From Eledone cirrhosa (Eukaryota): 64,000 bases of DNA. How positions within the stretch are numbered: position 1 is the first letter of the stretch; each line of letters opens with the position of its first letter. Where the stretch lies: positions 7,254,001 through 7,318,000 of the forward strand of contig OZ024754.1 of assembly GCA_964016885.1 (NCBI GenBank), given 5' to 3'. The notes below the pieces were generated by a model that was given only the letters and a program-made list of their open reading frames with translations, was not told the origin of the DNA and ran no database searches. Below are positions 41,691-55,152 of the stretch, piece by piece. A program made the position numbers and the translations under genes.

Positions 41691-42757
41691 ATAACTGGTT
41701 TAGTTCCGAGAAGATGAAAATAAATGCCCTTTATATAAGCGTTTCATATCGGAGTATATTTTATGAAACAATGCATCCAAATAGTATACACATATTCTTC
41801 AGTTTTACAATATTTCTAGATTCTGTTGTAGAGGCTTGGGTATCAATAAATATGTATATGGTCCCGTAACTGCTGATTGTCGTATGAGCGCCGTATTGAC
41901 ATACGGCGTTTCTCGGTCATTTTAAGCCTGGCGGAGTCCATCCCTTTCCAGGACTAAGTATAGCAGATTTTTTCCAGAAAAAGATTGAAAGTGAGAGAGA
42001 GCGAGGAAATGAGAAAGAGAAATATAGAGGAAAAATCGACGCCAGTACTAGACTGGTAATTTTTTTTATCGACCTCGAAATGATGATTAACAGAGTTGAC
42101 CGCGGTGGGATTTGAACTCGGAGAGTAGAGAGCCGGAATGAACTCCATAAAGCATTCTATCCGAAGTTCTAACGACTCTGCCGGTTCGCCTTCTATCAAC
42201 ACATATAGAAGCAATACAAAATGAACACAACCCAGGGCCAGACTGCGTCATTCAACAGTGTTCCGATAAGTGGTCATTTAATTTGACCAATGGGCTGATG
42301 TCGCTATACATTGATACAATAGACTATGAAAACCGGACTGAAATTGGCTTGAGGTTAGTTGCCAAGTAACAATAGCTGACTCAATCAATAACGATTAATT
42401 AATCCAAAATTGATTACAGCTCCACCAAAACCAGATTTATTATTCACCATTCTGTTCAATCTGATATTCCTCGTCTTCCAAATTAAAAGATAATAATTTA
42501 CATCTCGTTTGTTAATGATATCTTTAGTTTTTTTTTTCCATCCCTTCGTCATGGTTTCAGTAACTGCTGACGTAAACAGGAATTAAAAGTATTAATTGCA
42601 CTGGAAGATGAATTGATAGAGCACAGAAAGAAATGTTTAATTTATATCTTCAAGGGACCTACTTTCTGTGTTTAAATACCATCTTGGTCAACTTTGGCTT
42701 CCCTCTTTCGAAGGTTGATAAAATATTAAAGGTCAAGTACTTATATATATATATACA

Positions 42758-43075
42758 GTAATAATAAATGTGAAGACTAACATCCGTAGAGGGCTCGATA
42801 AGGAACATTTCTTTCTGTGCTCTATCAATTCATCTTCCAGTGCAATTAATACTTTTAATTCCTGTTTACGTCAGCAATTACTGAAACGATGACGAAGGGA
42901 TGTAAAAAATCTAAAGATATCATTAACAAACGAGATATAAAATATATATAAACCCGTAGTGCAAATATTTATCATAAAACAGATTAAAGTTTAAGCAAAG
43001 AATCGCTGCTTACAGAAGATCCCGTTAAGGGTGAAAGCAGCGATTCTTTGCTTAATAATTAATCTGTTATTATAA
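42758..43075. mobile_element. F6 fold-back element with an inverted templated insertion of flanking DNA
   Basis: F6 sequence interrupted by 42804-42936, the reverse complement of 42502-42637. CAGAAGA core at 43013. Confidence 0.75.
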
Positions 43076-43132
43076 TATATATATATTATCAATAATATTA
43101 ATAAATGGAAACTATCATTATAACACCATATT

Positions 43133-43194
43133 TATTTTATTATATATATTTCAAGGGTACCAACATTTTTGGTACGCTCTCATCAGATAAAATA
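43133..43194 (-). ncRNA. Type I hammerhead ribozyme (F2) within remnant 43090-43370
   Basis: TATTTTAT-CTGATGA-GAGCGTACCAAAAATGTTGGTACCCTT-GAAA-TATATA-TA-ATAAAATA. Perfect 8-bp stem I. Confidence 0.88.
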
Positions 43195-43507
43195 CAAAAG
43201 TTGTTTTACAGATAGTGACATATTCAAGACAAGAACTTAGCGTTTTGAGTTCTGGGGAACATTTTTAATATTATTGATATTATACTCCAGAAGAAAACAT
43301 ATAGAATGCTTCTAATCTGTTATAAACTAAATTTATTGAATAACCAACAAATTAAATACCTCATTGCTTATATATATATATAGTGTGTGTCTGTGTATAT
43401 GTGTGTGTATGTATATGTGTGTATCGGTGTGTGCGTGCGTGCGTGTATGTATGTATACACTCGTATACGTTATTAGTGTATTTTTTAAGCTTCATAACAT
43501 GTCTCCC

Positions 43508-43578
43508 TATTTTATCTGATGAGAACGCAAATATCGTCCCTGGATGATATTTGTTTTTGAAATGCGCAAAATAAAATA
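43508..43578 (+). ncRNA. Type I hammerhead (F2-related, cleavage triplet mutated)
   Basis: TATTTTAT-CTGATGA-[CAAATATCGTC..GATGATATTTG]-GAAA-TGCGCA-AA-ATAAAATA. U16.1 is replaced by A. Confidence 0.7.
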
Positions 43579-43636
43579 CATGGAACTTTTTTAACCATCT
43601 TTTAATTTCTTCTTATATAATATATATATATATATC

Positions 43637-43844
43637 CGATCGACTTTCGTCAAATGGGACCGAGGAAACAATGTTTCCGTTGGTCTTTCCAATTGCTAAT
43701 ACTCTCTATCGGTCGCAACTCCAGGTAGGAGTAGCCTGAAATAAAGTATCTTGCTCAACGACATAATGCACCGCCTGGTCCGAGAATCGAACTCACAACT
43801 TCACGATTACGAATCCAAATCTCTAACCATTCAGCCACGCGCCT

Positions 43845-43848
<4 letters not shown>
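43637..43848 (-). mobile_element. SINE family B, tail type 1
   Basis: Homologous to 22742-22955, TA flanks. Confidence 0.85.
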
Positions 43849-44670
<822 letters not shown>

Positions 44671-45139
44671 AATAATGAGATGACCATAGTTTAAACGAGA
44701 AGAAAGGAGAGAATACGTGTGAACATAGAAAGATAGTTATACTCACTTATCTCTTGAAGTTAGGAATCAAAGTCTTGAACTATGGTAATAACGATCGGTT
44801 TTAATTGGATGTCGTATCACCAACAATAATCTAACAGATTTCATCTTCATCCGACATCTTATAACACAACCCACATAAATTCTGAGAAAACTGTAAACCC
44901 ACACGTCAGAGCTAAAAATATTTTCTCATCTTTCTTTCCGATGCTTCATTACAAACTTTGAAAGAAATGTTTCTTATATTTTTAAGGAACATATCAGCAA
45001 TGAGAAATTAGTTCAATTATTAACTGGATGAAAGAGACTTGTGTCTAGTAATGTGTTCTGCCTTAAAGTCAAATTAAATTTAAATATCAAAGACGTTTCT
45101 GTTGTGTTCCTGAGTGTGTATGTATATTAAGATGTTATG

Positions 45140-45662
45140 ACACTAAAGGAAATGACAAAGATAAATAAAGACACATTAAAATATATAATATATCTCTACA
45201 CTAAAGTAAATGACAAGGATAAATAAAGAGACATTAAAATATATAATATATCTGTAGACTAAAGTAAAGGACAAGGATAAATAAAGACACATTAAGATAT
45301 ATAATATATCTCTACACTAAAGTAAAGGACAAAGATAAATAAAGACACATTAAAATATATAATATATCTCTACACTAAAGTAAATGTCAAAGATAAATAA
45401 AGACAGACATTAAAATATATAATATATCTCTACACTAAAGTAACTGACAAAGATAAATAAAGAGACATTAAAATATATAATATATCTCTACACTAAAGTA
45501 AATGTCAAGGATAAATAAAGACACATTAAAATATATAATATATCTCTACACTAAAGGAAATGACAAAGATAAATAAAGACACATTAAAATATATAATATA
45601 TCTCTACACTAAAGGAAATGACAGACAAAGATAAATACAGACATTAAAATATATAATATATA
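45140..45662. repeat. 58-bp minisatellite, about 9 units
   Basis: CTAAAG recurs at 45201, 45259 and onward. Confidence 0.92.
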
Positions 45663-45664
45663 TC

Positions 45665-45929
45665 CAAGGGTCTTGTTTCAGGGGGCTACCAGGAGACAAG
45701 TCCCCCCCCCCCCTCCACTTTTTCAAACATCTATATTTTATTTTTTATTTATTTGATATAATATATTCTTTTATATCTGAACTTCATTTGAATATATAAA
45801 ATTTAATTAGCATAAAATTTTACTTATGTGATAGGGTCCGGGAAAGGAACCATAAGCAATTTATGCTCCTTTAAAAATCAACAAATGTTGGCTTGTTCCT
45901 CTCACATTTTTAGGAAAACGAGGCCCCTG
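45665..45929. mobile_element. Putative hAT-like MITE
   Basis: CAAGGGTCTTGTTTC ... GAAAACGAGGCCCCTG imperfect terminal inverted repeats. Confidence 0.4.
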
Positions 45930-47431
45930 TATATAGTTATTGCTACAAATGTTCTTGACATCTTGTTGATGTTTAATACCAATGTATTATCTTTAAATGT
46001 TATGTTTTGTCATACATCAAATGTTATATTTCTTCGGAGGAATGGCAGTGTTGTTGGAACATAGGATCAAATGCCACGGTTCAAATCCCACCGAGATCAA
46101 AGTTGACTTCCATCTAATTAATTGGTAATGGGATAGCTGAATAGTTGCAAGAGATACATTGTGGTATGTTTTGGATTTGTGCGGTCTCAGTTCAAATTCA
46201 GTCCACCGTCAACACATTTCCGCTGACACTTATGTTAGGAATTGTAAATGATAGATATTATCAGGAAAGGAAAAACCACTGAAAGCATATACGTAGTCTT
46301 CTTGGTCCAATTTCACGATTCGATTATATATTTCTTTTCATAAGATTCAAATCATCTACATCTAGAAATAAGAATTGACAGAATTAAATATCTACAATTT
46401 CGTTGACAGTTGATGTCTAATGGTTTTCATTTTTTCTTGATACATAATCTCTCACATTTTCTTTCATACAAGATATTCTAGCATATTGAACATAGCTGAC
46501 ACTCTGTCAGTTGATATAGCAATTAAATGTTCATCGACGAAACCAACGAGAAAGGGGATCCATCATCTGTTGTTATATGATGCAGCTGCTTACCTAGACG
46601 TGGTTCCTATTTACAATTTATTCGTGATGAAATCGTGTGAAAATTATTCGTTTTACTCATGAGAGATAGCAAAGCGTCAGAGATGTGTAAAGATGTGTCG
46701 CTCTATCTGCTATGAATAAACGTATGTTTTATTTCGATTGTGCCTGTATTAGACCTCCACCGTTTCCACTGACGAATCCTCCAGTTGTTCCAGAAACCTA
46801 TCAGCATGCTGCTGTCCTTTGCGGTACAGTCGAATTTTACCAGCTTGATGGACTGAAAGAACAATACAAAATATTATCTAACTCAAGGACAGAAAGTGCC
46901 ACTGTTAATAGAACTCACGGCCAAGAATTGAACGCGTTAACCACCGAGTTACGTACCTTTACAAGTCAACGACCATCTCTGAACTTAATCAAATACAAAT
47001 ATTTATTGATGATCATTACTGGGAAAAGTGATTAATTAAATATATACAAATATATCTCAATTATTGTTTGTTTTGTTGGTATTTGAAATAGGTTTCTTGA
47101 ACAAACTGTACAAGTTATTTTTTAATTAGGACATTGATACGTTAATTTAATTTTCATTAATTGCTTTATTCAGTCTCATATAGGTGAGTGTGCCTGGAAA
47201 TCATAATTATTTATTTTCTAATTATTATTTTCATCTACATTTCAAGTGTTGGGTTAAATCTATATCTGTGAAGTTTAACACTCACTGCTGGGATATAAGG
47301 AAATAATTGCATTTAACGAATTAATTGTTTTTAAATTAAATAAAAAGCCAGGAAAGTTCAAGGGAATTCATGTTACAAACGTACCTATATTCTGTCAAAT
47401 ACACAGCACGCAATCGCTAAATATATTATTA

Positions 47432-47475
47432 CTAGCGGGCTCCGTGCCGTCAAAAATGACGACTAAAGGGTAGGT
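47432..47475 (-). mobile_element. Possible Helitron 3' terminus
   Basis: Minus-strand hairpin (CGTCA/TGACG) about 12 nt before CTAG-T. The 5' end was not found. Confidence 0.3.
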
Positions 47476-47574
47476 GTATATTTGTATTTACCTTTCAACT
47501 GAGGTTATTTTATATACTTGATAATTCTAATTTATTTCAATATTGCTAGGGACATGGCTCCTTGGACAACACAT

Positions 47575-48012
47575 ACACACATATATACTCAGACACACAA
47601 ACACTCAGATACATACAAACACTCAGATACACACACTCAGTCACACACACACACTCAGTCACACACACACACTCAGTCACACACACACACTCAGTCACAC
47701 ACACACTCAGTCACACAAACACTCAGTCACACAGACACTCAGACACACTCACACACACACAAACACTCACACACACACAAACACTCACACAAACACCCTC
47801 ACACCAAACACTCACACACACAAACACCCTCACACCAAACACTCACACACACAAACACCCTCACACCAAACACTCACACACACAAACACCCTCACACATA
47901 CACACCCTCACACATACACACCCTCACACATACACACCCTCACACATACATACTCACACACATACACTCACACACAAACTCTCACACTCTCTCTCTCTCT
48001 CTCTCTCTCTCT
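47575..48012. repeat. CA-rich minisatellite
   Basis: CACTCAGTCACACA and CACCCTCACACCAAA units. Confidence 0.9.
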
Positions 48013-48211
48013 CACATAAGTGTAGGCAATCTAAGAATGCTAGTTAAAAATAATTATTACATACACATGCATCTACTCAAACATACAACAGACTCAAAGA
48101 AAATAATTATGTGCCCACACACGTGTGTGTGTGCATATGTAACACAGGTGTAGCGAACGCTGTTCTGTTTTCTATATTTTGTCACAACCCCCTTCCTTCC
48201 ACACTCATCAC

Positions 48212-48612
48212 ATATCGGTAGAGTGTCGGACGCCATGCTTTCTAGCGTAATTACGTCCCTTTACGATCTGAGTTCAAATTCCGCCGAGGTTAACTTTGCA
48301 TTTCATCGTTACGGGGTCGATAAAATAAAGTACCAGTAATACACTGAGATAATTGGTGGCATTGTGCCAAAAGTAGAAACAATTATATATTAGTAGATTG
48401 TGGTAGTGAGTTAGCAGAGTCGTTAGTACGCAAAACAAATGCTATGCCGTAGCTGTACAGGTACCTTATGTCCTCAGTTAAAATCCCACTGAGGTGACTT
48501 TGGCTTTCATAATTCCGGGGTCGATAAAGTACCAGATAAGTACTGGGTTCGGTATAGTCAACTTTCCCATCCTCACAAATTACCGACCCTTTGCTTAAAG
48601 TAGAAATCATTA
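48212..48612 (+). mobile_element. Two SINE family A copies (young and old)
   Basis: B box, central domain and tail in each. Confidence 0.8.
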
Positions 48613-49461
48613 TAAATATGGTGAACAAACTGCTTTTATGCATTTATTCTGGATCTTTACGTATTGGTCGTACTCAGTTTTACCTTTTAACCTCCCGGGG
48701 TGGATAAAATAAAGGGTGTGGTATTCTAGATTGAGCACCTACATCTGTAGGTGTTTTGAGAGTCTGTGAATATCATGTTGAGATCATCTTTAAGGCGATT
48801 ATTTTGAGTCACAATAATTACATTTTCGACATAACTATTAAAAATTATGGTATGTTAGGGGACAAATTTGGTTGGGGTTTTTTAGCGGGTGGGTGCACTT
48901 TAGATATATAGAACGATGCAAATATTCCCCCACCCCCCAGGAATTACTTGCCAAAGAAAAGAGCAAAAGAAATAGTTCAGGAGGGCGAAGGGTTGACAGA
49001 ATCGGTACAGCATCTGATAAAATGTTCTGCAGTAATGTTTTATGACTCGTTACAATCTAAGTTCAAATACCACCGATTTTTATATCCCCACTCTACAGCT
49101 GTGAGTAGAGATCCGTTTGTGGATACAACTTTGTCTCTTATTGTTTTTTAAAATAAATATCTCCATTGAAATTTTATATATTTTACAGTAAATAACGCTA
49201 TTGTAATGTTGTATATTTTAAACATATTTTTGTTTCTGTTAACATAAACTGTCAGATTAGTGTCACCATTATGAATATTTTCCACCTGTTTATTATATAT
49301 GTCATCACTTCATCTGATCCATAGATTTTAAACTGACACTTATACAATTGAGTAATATTTTGGAGTAGAATTCTGTCTATTATTTACTCCCCATTCTCTC
49401 TCTTTCTCACTCTCTCTTTCTCACTCTCTTTCTCACTCTCTCTTTCTCACTCTCTTTCTCA

Positions 49462-49501
<40 letters not shown>

Positions 49502-49521
49502 TTCTCACTCTCTCTCTCTCA

Positions 49522-49596
<75 letters not shown>

Positions 49597-49751
49597 GATA
49601 GATAGAAAGATGCAGAATTTGTAGGTCTAGAGATCGCTATCCGCTTATTTTCGCGTTACTCGATCGCCAATACAAAATTATAACCAGTCAGTTCATCGGA
49701 GCTTGCGAGAATGAAGAGAATATACTATATGTAGTAGTAATTTGTTACCCC

Positions 49752-49803
<52 letters not shown>

Positions 49804-50044
49804 CTCTTCGTGTGTGTATGCGTGTTTTCTTCAAGATAGTTGTCAGATGACCTGATCTAAAGGTCGTATCAATATACACAGCTATCGTATCTATTTATAG
49901 GGAAACGTCAACTTAAGTTTATTATTGAATAGTGTTTGTTGGTGAGCTTACACATAATAAAAATGCTAATTTTTCTCACCATTTAATATGTAGACTAGAC
50001 AATCTTGCTATACAATGGCTATTAAAGATCGCTTTATTAAAGAA

Positions 50045-51145
50045 CGTGGGCGGTGTATTGGCACACTCGACTCCACTTAATCGATTTTCCCCGCCCCCAA
50101 AATTATTGGCCTTGTGCCTGAAACAGAATCATTATTAAATGTGCGGTTGGATTGGCAGTAACAGTAGCGAGTCAGACGCCATGCTTTCCAGCATAGTTAC
50201 GTCCCTTTACGGTCTGAGTTCAAATCCCGCCGAGGTTAACTTTGCCTTTCATCCTTACGGGGTCGATAAAATAAAGTACCAGTAATGTACTGGGTAATTG
50301 CTAGCCTTGTGCCAAAAGTAGAAACAATTATTAAATGTGCGGTGGATTGGCAGTATTGGTAGAGGGTCGGACGCCATGCTTTGACGCATAGAGTTACGGC
50401 CCTTGCCATTCTGAGTTTAAATCCCGCCGAGGTTAACTTTGCCGTTCCTCCTTACGGAGTCGATAAAATAAAGTACCAGTAATGTACTGGGTATTTGCTG
50501 GCCTTGTGCCAATAGTAAAAAACAATTATTAAAGAACGTGGATTAGCAGTATCGGTAGAGTGTCGGACGCCATGCTTTCGATCATAGTTACGTCCCTTTG
50601 AGGTCTGAGTTCAAATCTCGCCGAGGAGAACTTTGCCTTTAATCCTTACGGAGTCGATAAAATAAAGTACCAGTAATACACTGGGATAATTGCTGGCCTT
50701 GTGCCAAAAGTAGAAGCAATTATTATTATTATAGGGCGGAGGGTTGACAGTATCGGTAGAGAGTAAGACGCCATGCTTTGCAGCATAGTTACGTCCCTTT
50801 ATGTTCTGAGTTCCAATCGCGCCGAGGTTAAGCTTTGCCTTTCATCCTTAGGGGGTCGATAAAATAAAGTACCAGTCACACACTGAGGTCGATTTAATCG
50901 ACTTTCCCTTCCCCCAAAATTGCTGGCCTTGTGCCTATATAAGAAACTATTATTAAAGAACGTGGTCGAAGGATTAGTAGTATCGTTAGAAAGTCGGACA
51001 ACATTTTTAGCGGCACAGAGTTACCGTTCTTTACGTTCTGAGTTCAATTCCCACCGAGGTTAGTTTTGCAGTTTATTCTTACGGGGATCAATAAAATAAA
51101 GTACCAGTAATGTACTGAGGTTGATTTAATCGACTTTCCCCTTCC
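50045..51145 (+). mobile_element. Tandem array of about 6 SINE family A copies
   Basis: Head-to-tail units joined by ATTATT. Confidence 0.92.
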
Positions 51146-52000
51146 CCTCACCCAAACCTGCTTCAGCTATGGCTGTTCTTGGTGATGTTGCTGTTGCTGT
51201 CACTAACCCTGATCATATTGACCTTTCGTCCAATGATATTCAATCGTTAACCCCCCCCCCCCCGCCCCCACACTTCCCTTAGTTCTTTATAAAGGTGTAG
51301 ATTACGAAGTAATATGGTTAAACGTCAACTGCGACTGCTGCTCACTAACAGATGAGTGAACTCGAACAACGCAAAATGGAGTGACTTGCTCAAGGTCATG
51401 ATGCACTACCCAGTCTCAGAATCAATCCCTCGGCCTTAATACAAGCACCCCCTCCATTCAAATAACTTGCTACTACTACTTCTTCTATTTCCACTCTGTC
51501 TTTCTTTCCATCCTTATAATCGGATCATTTATAAATTTGTTTATATTAATATACAGTATGTTTCCATATTGATGCAACTAAGCCGATCATAATAGATTTA
51601 CGTCCTTTTGGCGGTGTATATAGACATATTACATACTTGAGGGACATTAATCTATGTAATTAATTCTTACAGTCGATTTAAAATATTTCCCAATTGGAAG
51701 ATATACGTTAAGTCAAAGAAAAGATATTTCTCTCGATATCATAATTCATAACGATTTCCAACCTTAATGTAAGCTTCAAATAATTTGATGATTGTTCGCT
51801 AGTCTATAAAATAAATTTACACACATTTTCTATCCTTGTTTTTTTAAAACACATAGAAAAGCTTAGAACGTATAGTTGCTGCGGGATTTGAAATCAATAT
51901 GTACTGGTTCGACCGACGAACATTTCCAACACAGATATTTGTGTACACACATATATATTAACTTTCTGCAAGGTTGTGCAACCGACAGATAGTATAATAA

Positions 52001-52039
<39 letters not shown>

Positions 52040-52312
52040 TACATAGTTTTCTTGGTTTGATCTGTCGAGTGGCTCTGTATATTTAAGATTAATTTATTTA
52101 GTTCAGGATTGGCGGCGAATTGGCACAGTTGTTAGATCGTTGGATAGAATGTTTTGTGGTATGTTTCGACTCTCTGCTTTCTGAGTTCAAATTCCTTCGG
52201 GGCACAATTACGGGTCCATAGATAATACTCAAAACACTTGTGAATGAAAAGACTGGGGAGCTTGTTACACATAAGAGTATAAGTACGATTCGAACGTCGA
52301 TGCAAATGAAAT

Positions 52313-52495
52313 ATGAATTGGCAGTATTGGTAGAGGGTCAGGCATTCTCTCCAGCATGGTTACGTCCCTTTACGATCTGAGTCCAAATCCCGCCGAGGTT
52401 AACTTTACCTTTCATCCTTAAGGGGTCGATAAAATAAAGTACCAGTAATGCACTGTGATAATTGCTGGCCTTGTGCCACAAGTAGAAACAATTAT
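52313..52495 (+). mobile_element. SINE family A
   Basis: Head, central domain, tail. Confidence 0.85.
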
Positions 52496-53011
52496 TCACA
52501 GAGAATGGCCAATGCAAATTTACAAGTAGATTTGAAATAATATAATTAGTTCTACATACAGTAATAGCGCTGTGGTAATATTCAAATAATAGACGTTAGA
52601 ATGAAACATGCTATTGATCTCATTATTAACTTTACTATTAACACATTGTGTTAAGCTGTGAGGTTTGAATCAATTTATAAAGAACTAAGAGTTGCTTGGT
52701 GCGTCGTTACACAAACGTATATTATAGAAGGACCCTTTTAGTACATTTCCCTAAAGATGAATAATTTGATGGAATTTAGTTGAAGAGAAACCACAGTTAA
52801 TTTCAATGAAACATTAATGGTTTTATACGACATTTTAAAATGAGACAAGCTCACACAATTGATAAATTTGGTATAATAAAGAGATCTACAATTAGGCTGA
52901 TCTAATAGAGTTAACACCTGGAGTCATTTCTATAATGTAAACAATGTGAAAATGTTATATCACAAATATATTTTGACTAAATACATTGAAATAAGAAAGC
53001 AAGTTAATTAG

Positions 53012-53303
53012 GTTTATTTACAATAGTTTATAACTTTGCCTATTAATCTGTATTGTGAGCAAATGGGGTCCCACGTATTAGCCTCCCCACAGCCGCGGCG
53101 GACAGGATGGAGAAGGCGTTTCCCCGGAGGATGGTAAGGGTCATGCGTTGGAAGAGACATTCCCACTCGCATCTCTCTTACCATCCTCCGAGGAAACGCC
53201 TTATCCATTCTGTCCGCCGGGGCTGTGGGGAGGCCAGCACGCGGGACCCCATTTGCTCACAATACAGATTAATAGGCAAAGGTATAAACTATTGTAAATA
53301 AAC
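53012..53303. mobile_element. GC-rich fold-back MITE (Mutator/Foldback-like)
   Basis: About 292-bp imperfect palindrome. AATAAGAAAGC repeated at 52990-53000 and 53306-53316 (possible TSD). Confidence 0.65.
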
Positions 53304-54658
53304 TTAATAAGAAAGCTATCTATTCATTAACATTTTCATAATATTTCAAATAAAATTCATGATCGATTCAGGAAAGTTATTGAGCTATAATCTCTTCTAG
53401 TCGAATCTGGTAAAATCAACTCAGCTTATATTTGTTACTGTTGATGAAATCTGCCTGCTGTATGTGGAGGGATAAAACTAGACACTGGCTCGTTGGAAAC
53501 TTAAAACTACCAATGTGTTTATTACAAATGCTTTACATACACAAAAATATAAGATGTGACCTGAGAACTTTAATCGAGGGTTCTGTAATGTGTCGGAAGA
53601 TCATGTATGTACCTGCTATCAGAAAGCTCCCGTCTGTGGTGCAGGTCTTTAATAAAAGGCCAAGCTTCTACATCCCTACGTTCCCCCTTTCCACGACACC
53701 AAGAGACAAGCAAAAGCAATAGTATGTTAGTAGGCATCCTTGATATCACAGTCGAAATCTGAACGAAAATGACAGAAAGATATCCTGAAATATATCAAGT
53801 TTGATACTCTTATAATCCCGTCAATCCATTTCCCTGGACTGGTAGATTATTTATCGACATTGAAGGCACGAAAAGTAAAGTTGACCTCACCAGGATAGGA
53901 ACTTAGAGCGCAAAGACCCGAAGCAAGAAATTTAATCAGATTTTCCCAATTCACAGAAACAGAGAACGATGTAGGTTATAACTACATAAAGATGCTTCAT
54001 TCAACGTAAAATAAACAATGATTAATTGTAATGGAAATTGTAATGTGTAAATGTAATGGAAAATTGGAATGAGTAATTATATTGAAAAATTGTAATATAA
54101 TGTGCAATCTTAATGAAAGACTCTCTATAAATTTTCGTTAATGATATTTGGTGAAAACATGCATATTATTTTATCTAACAACATTTATATGAAAGAATTG
54201 TGGCTTGAGCAATAACAATCTTCTCGTTATCAATAGTTCGAAAATTCCGCTATAAAATGGGTTCTAGATTTTCGTCTCCGATATATGAATAATTTAATAA
54301 AAAAAAAAACGAAAATCATCAGAACATCACATCCAATTGAGTCAACGTCAGTGATGGTTTCGAATTTAATGAAAAAAGATTTCCTATGCTTCAAAGTAAT
54401 TCCAATCCTCAGCAGGCAATCAACCGAAATTAACAAACAAACAAAGCAATAACATTGTAGATGTTCTGAGGTTACTGGAACAGAAACTATAGCAGACATA
54501 ATATATAAAGCATGTAAATATAGACAGACATCTACATGTAGATAGATAGATACATATAGAGAGAGAGACAAATATATATACATATATAGATAGATAGATA
54601 GACAGATATATATATATATATCTATATATATATAGACAGACAGACAGACACACACACA

Positions 54659-54695
<37 letters not shown>

Positions 54696-54697
<2 letters not shown>

Positions 54698-55152
54698 CTT
54701 TATTTGCCACAAGGGCGCACAAGAAAAGGGGACAGTACAAAGACACATGCCGGGGATTTTACAAACAGTCGTGTAAAAATATTGAAACAAACAATTACAA
54801 CAATCGAAATCCCCAATAGGGATGAAGCCCCACAAATGGGTTGTTTAATACCCCGTCGATAGAACAACCCTCAACTTCAGGAGCGTGTTGTGCAAGGGCT
54901 CCCTTCTTCCTTTTGCTCTCTTCTTTAACCTACAGGCTTATAAACAGAGAAGGCCCAATCACTCGGGCCATTTTCGCTTCATTCACCTACCTTTCAGTAA
55001 ATTTACTGGGGTGCAGTGCCTCTCTCTCCACTCTGATTCTCCTTCTAAAGTGATACTTAAAGAAAGGAATCGATTGTTGTCCGGAGAGAAAGGCATCTGT
55101 CCTCAGTCCTCTCAATTTCGTCCACCATTTAAACTCTTTCACCATAGCCACT
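54696..55152 (-). pseudogene. Tx1/L1-like LINE 3' end inserted in a microsatellite
   Basis: KEFKWWTKLRG...FFKYHFRRRIRVERE...FTER resembles Tx1-type ORF2 C-termini. The 3' UTR ends AATAAAGAAA next to (TA)n. Confidence 0.6.

Noticed and set aside
44747-44881. Minus-strand exon with good splice sites
   Set aside because: Stop codons in all three frames.
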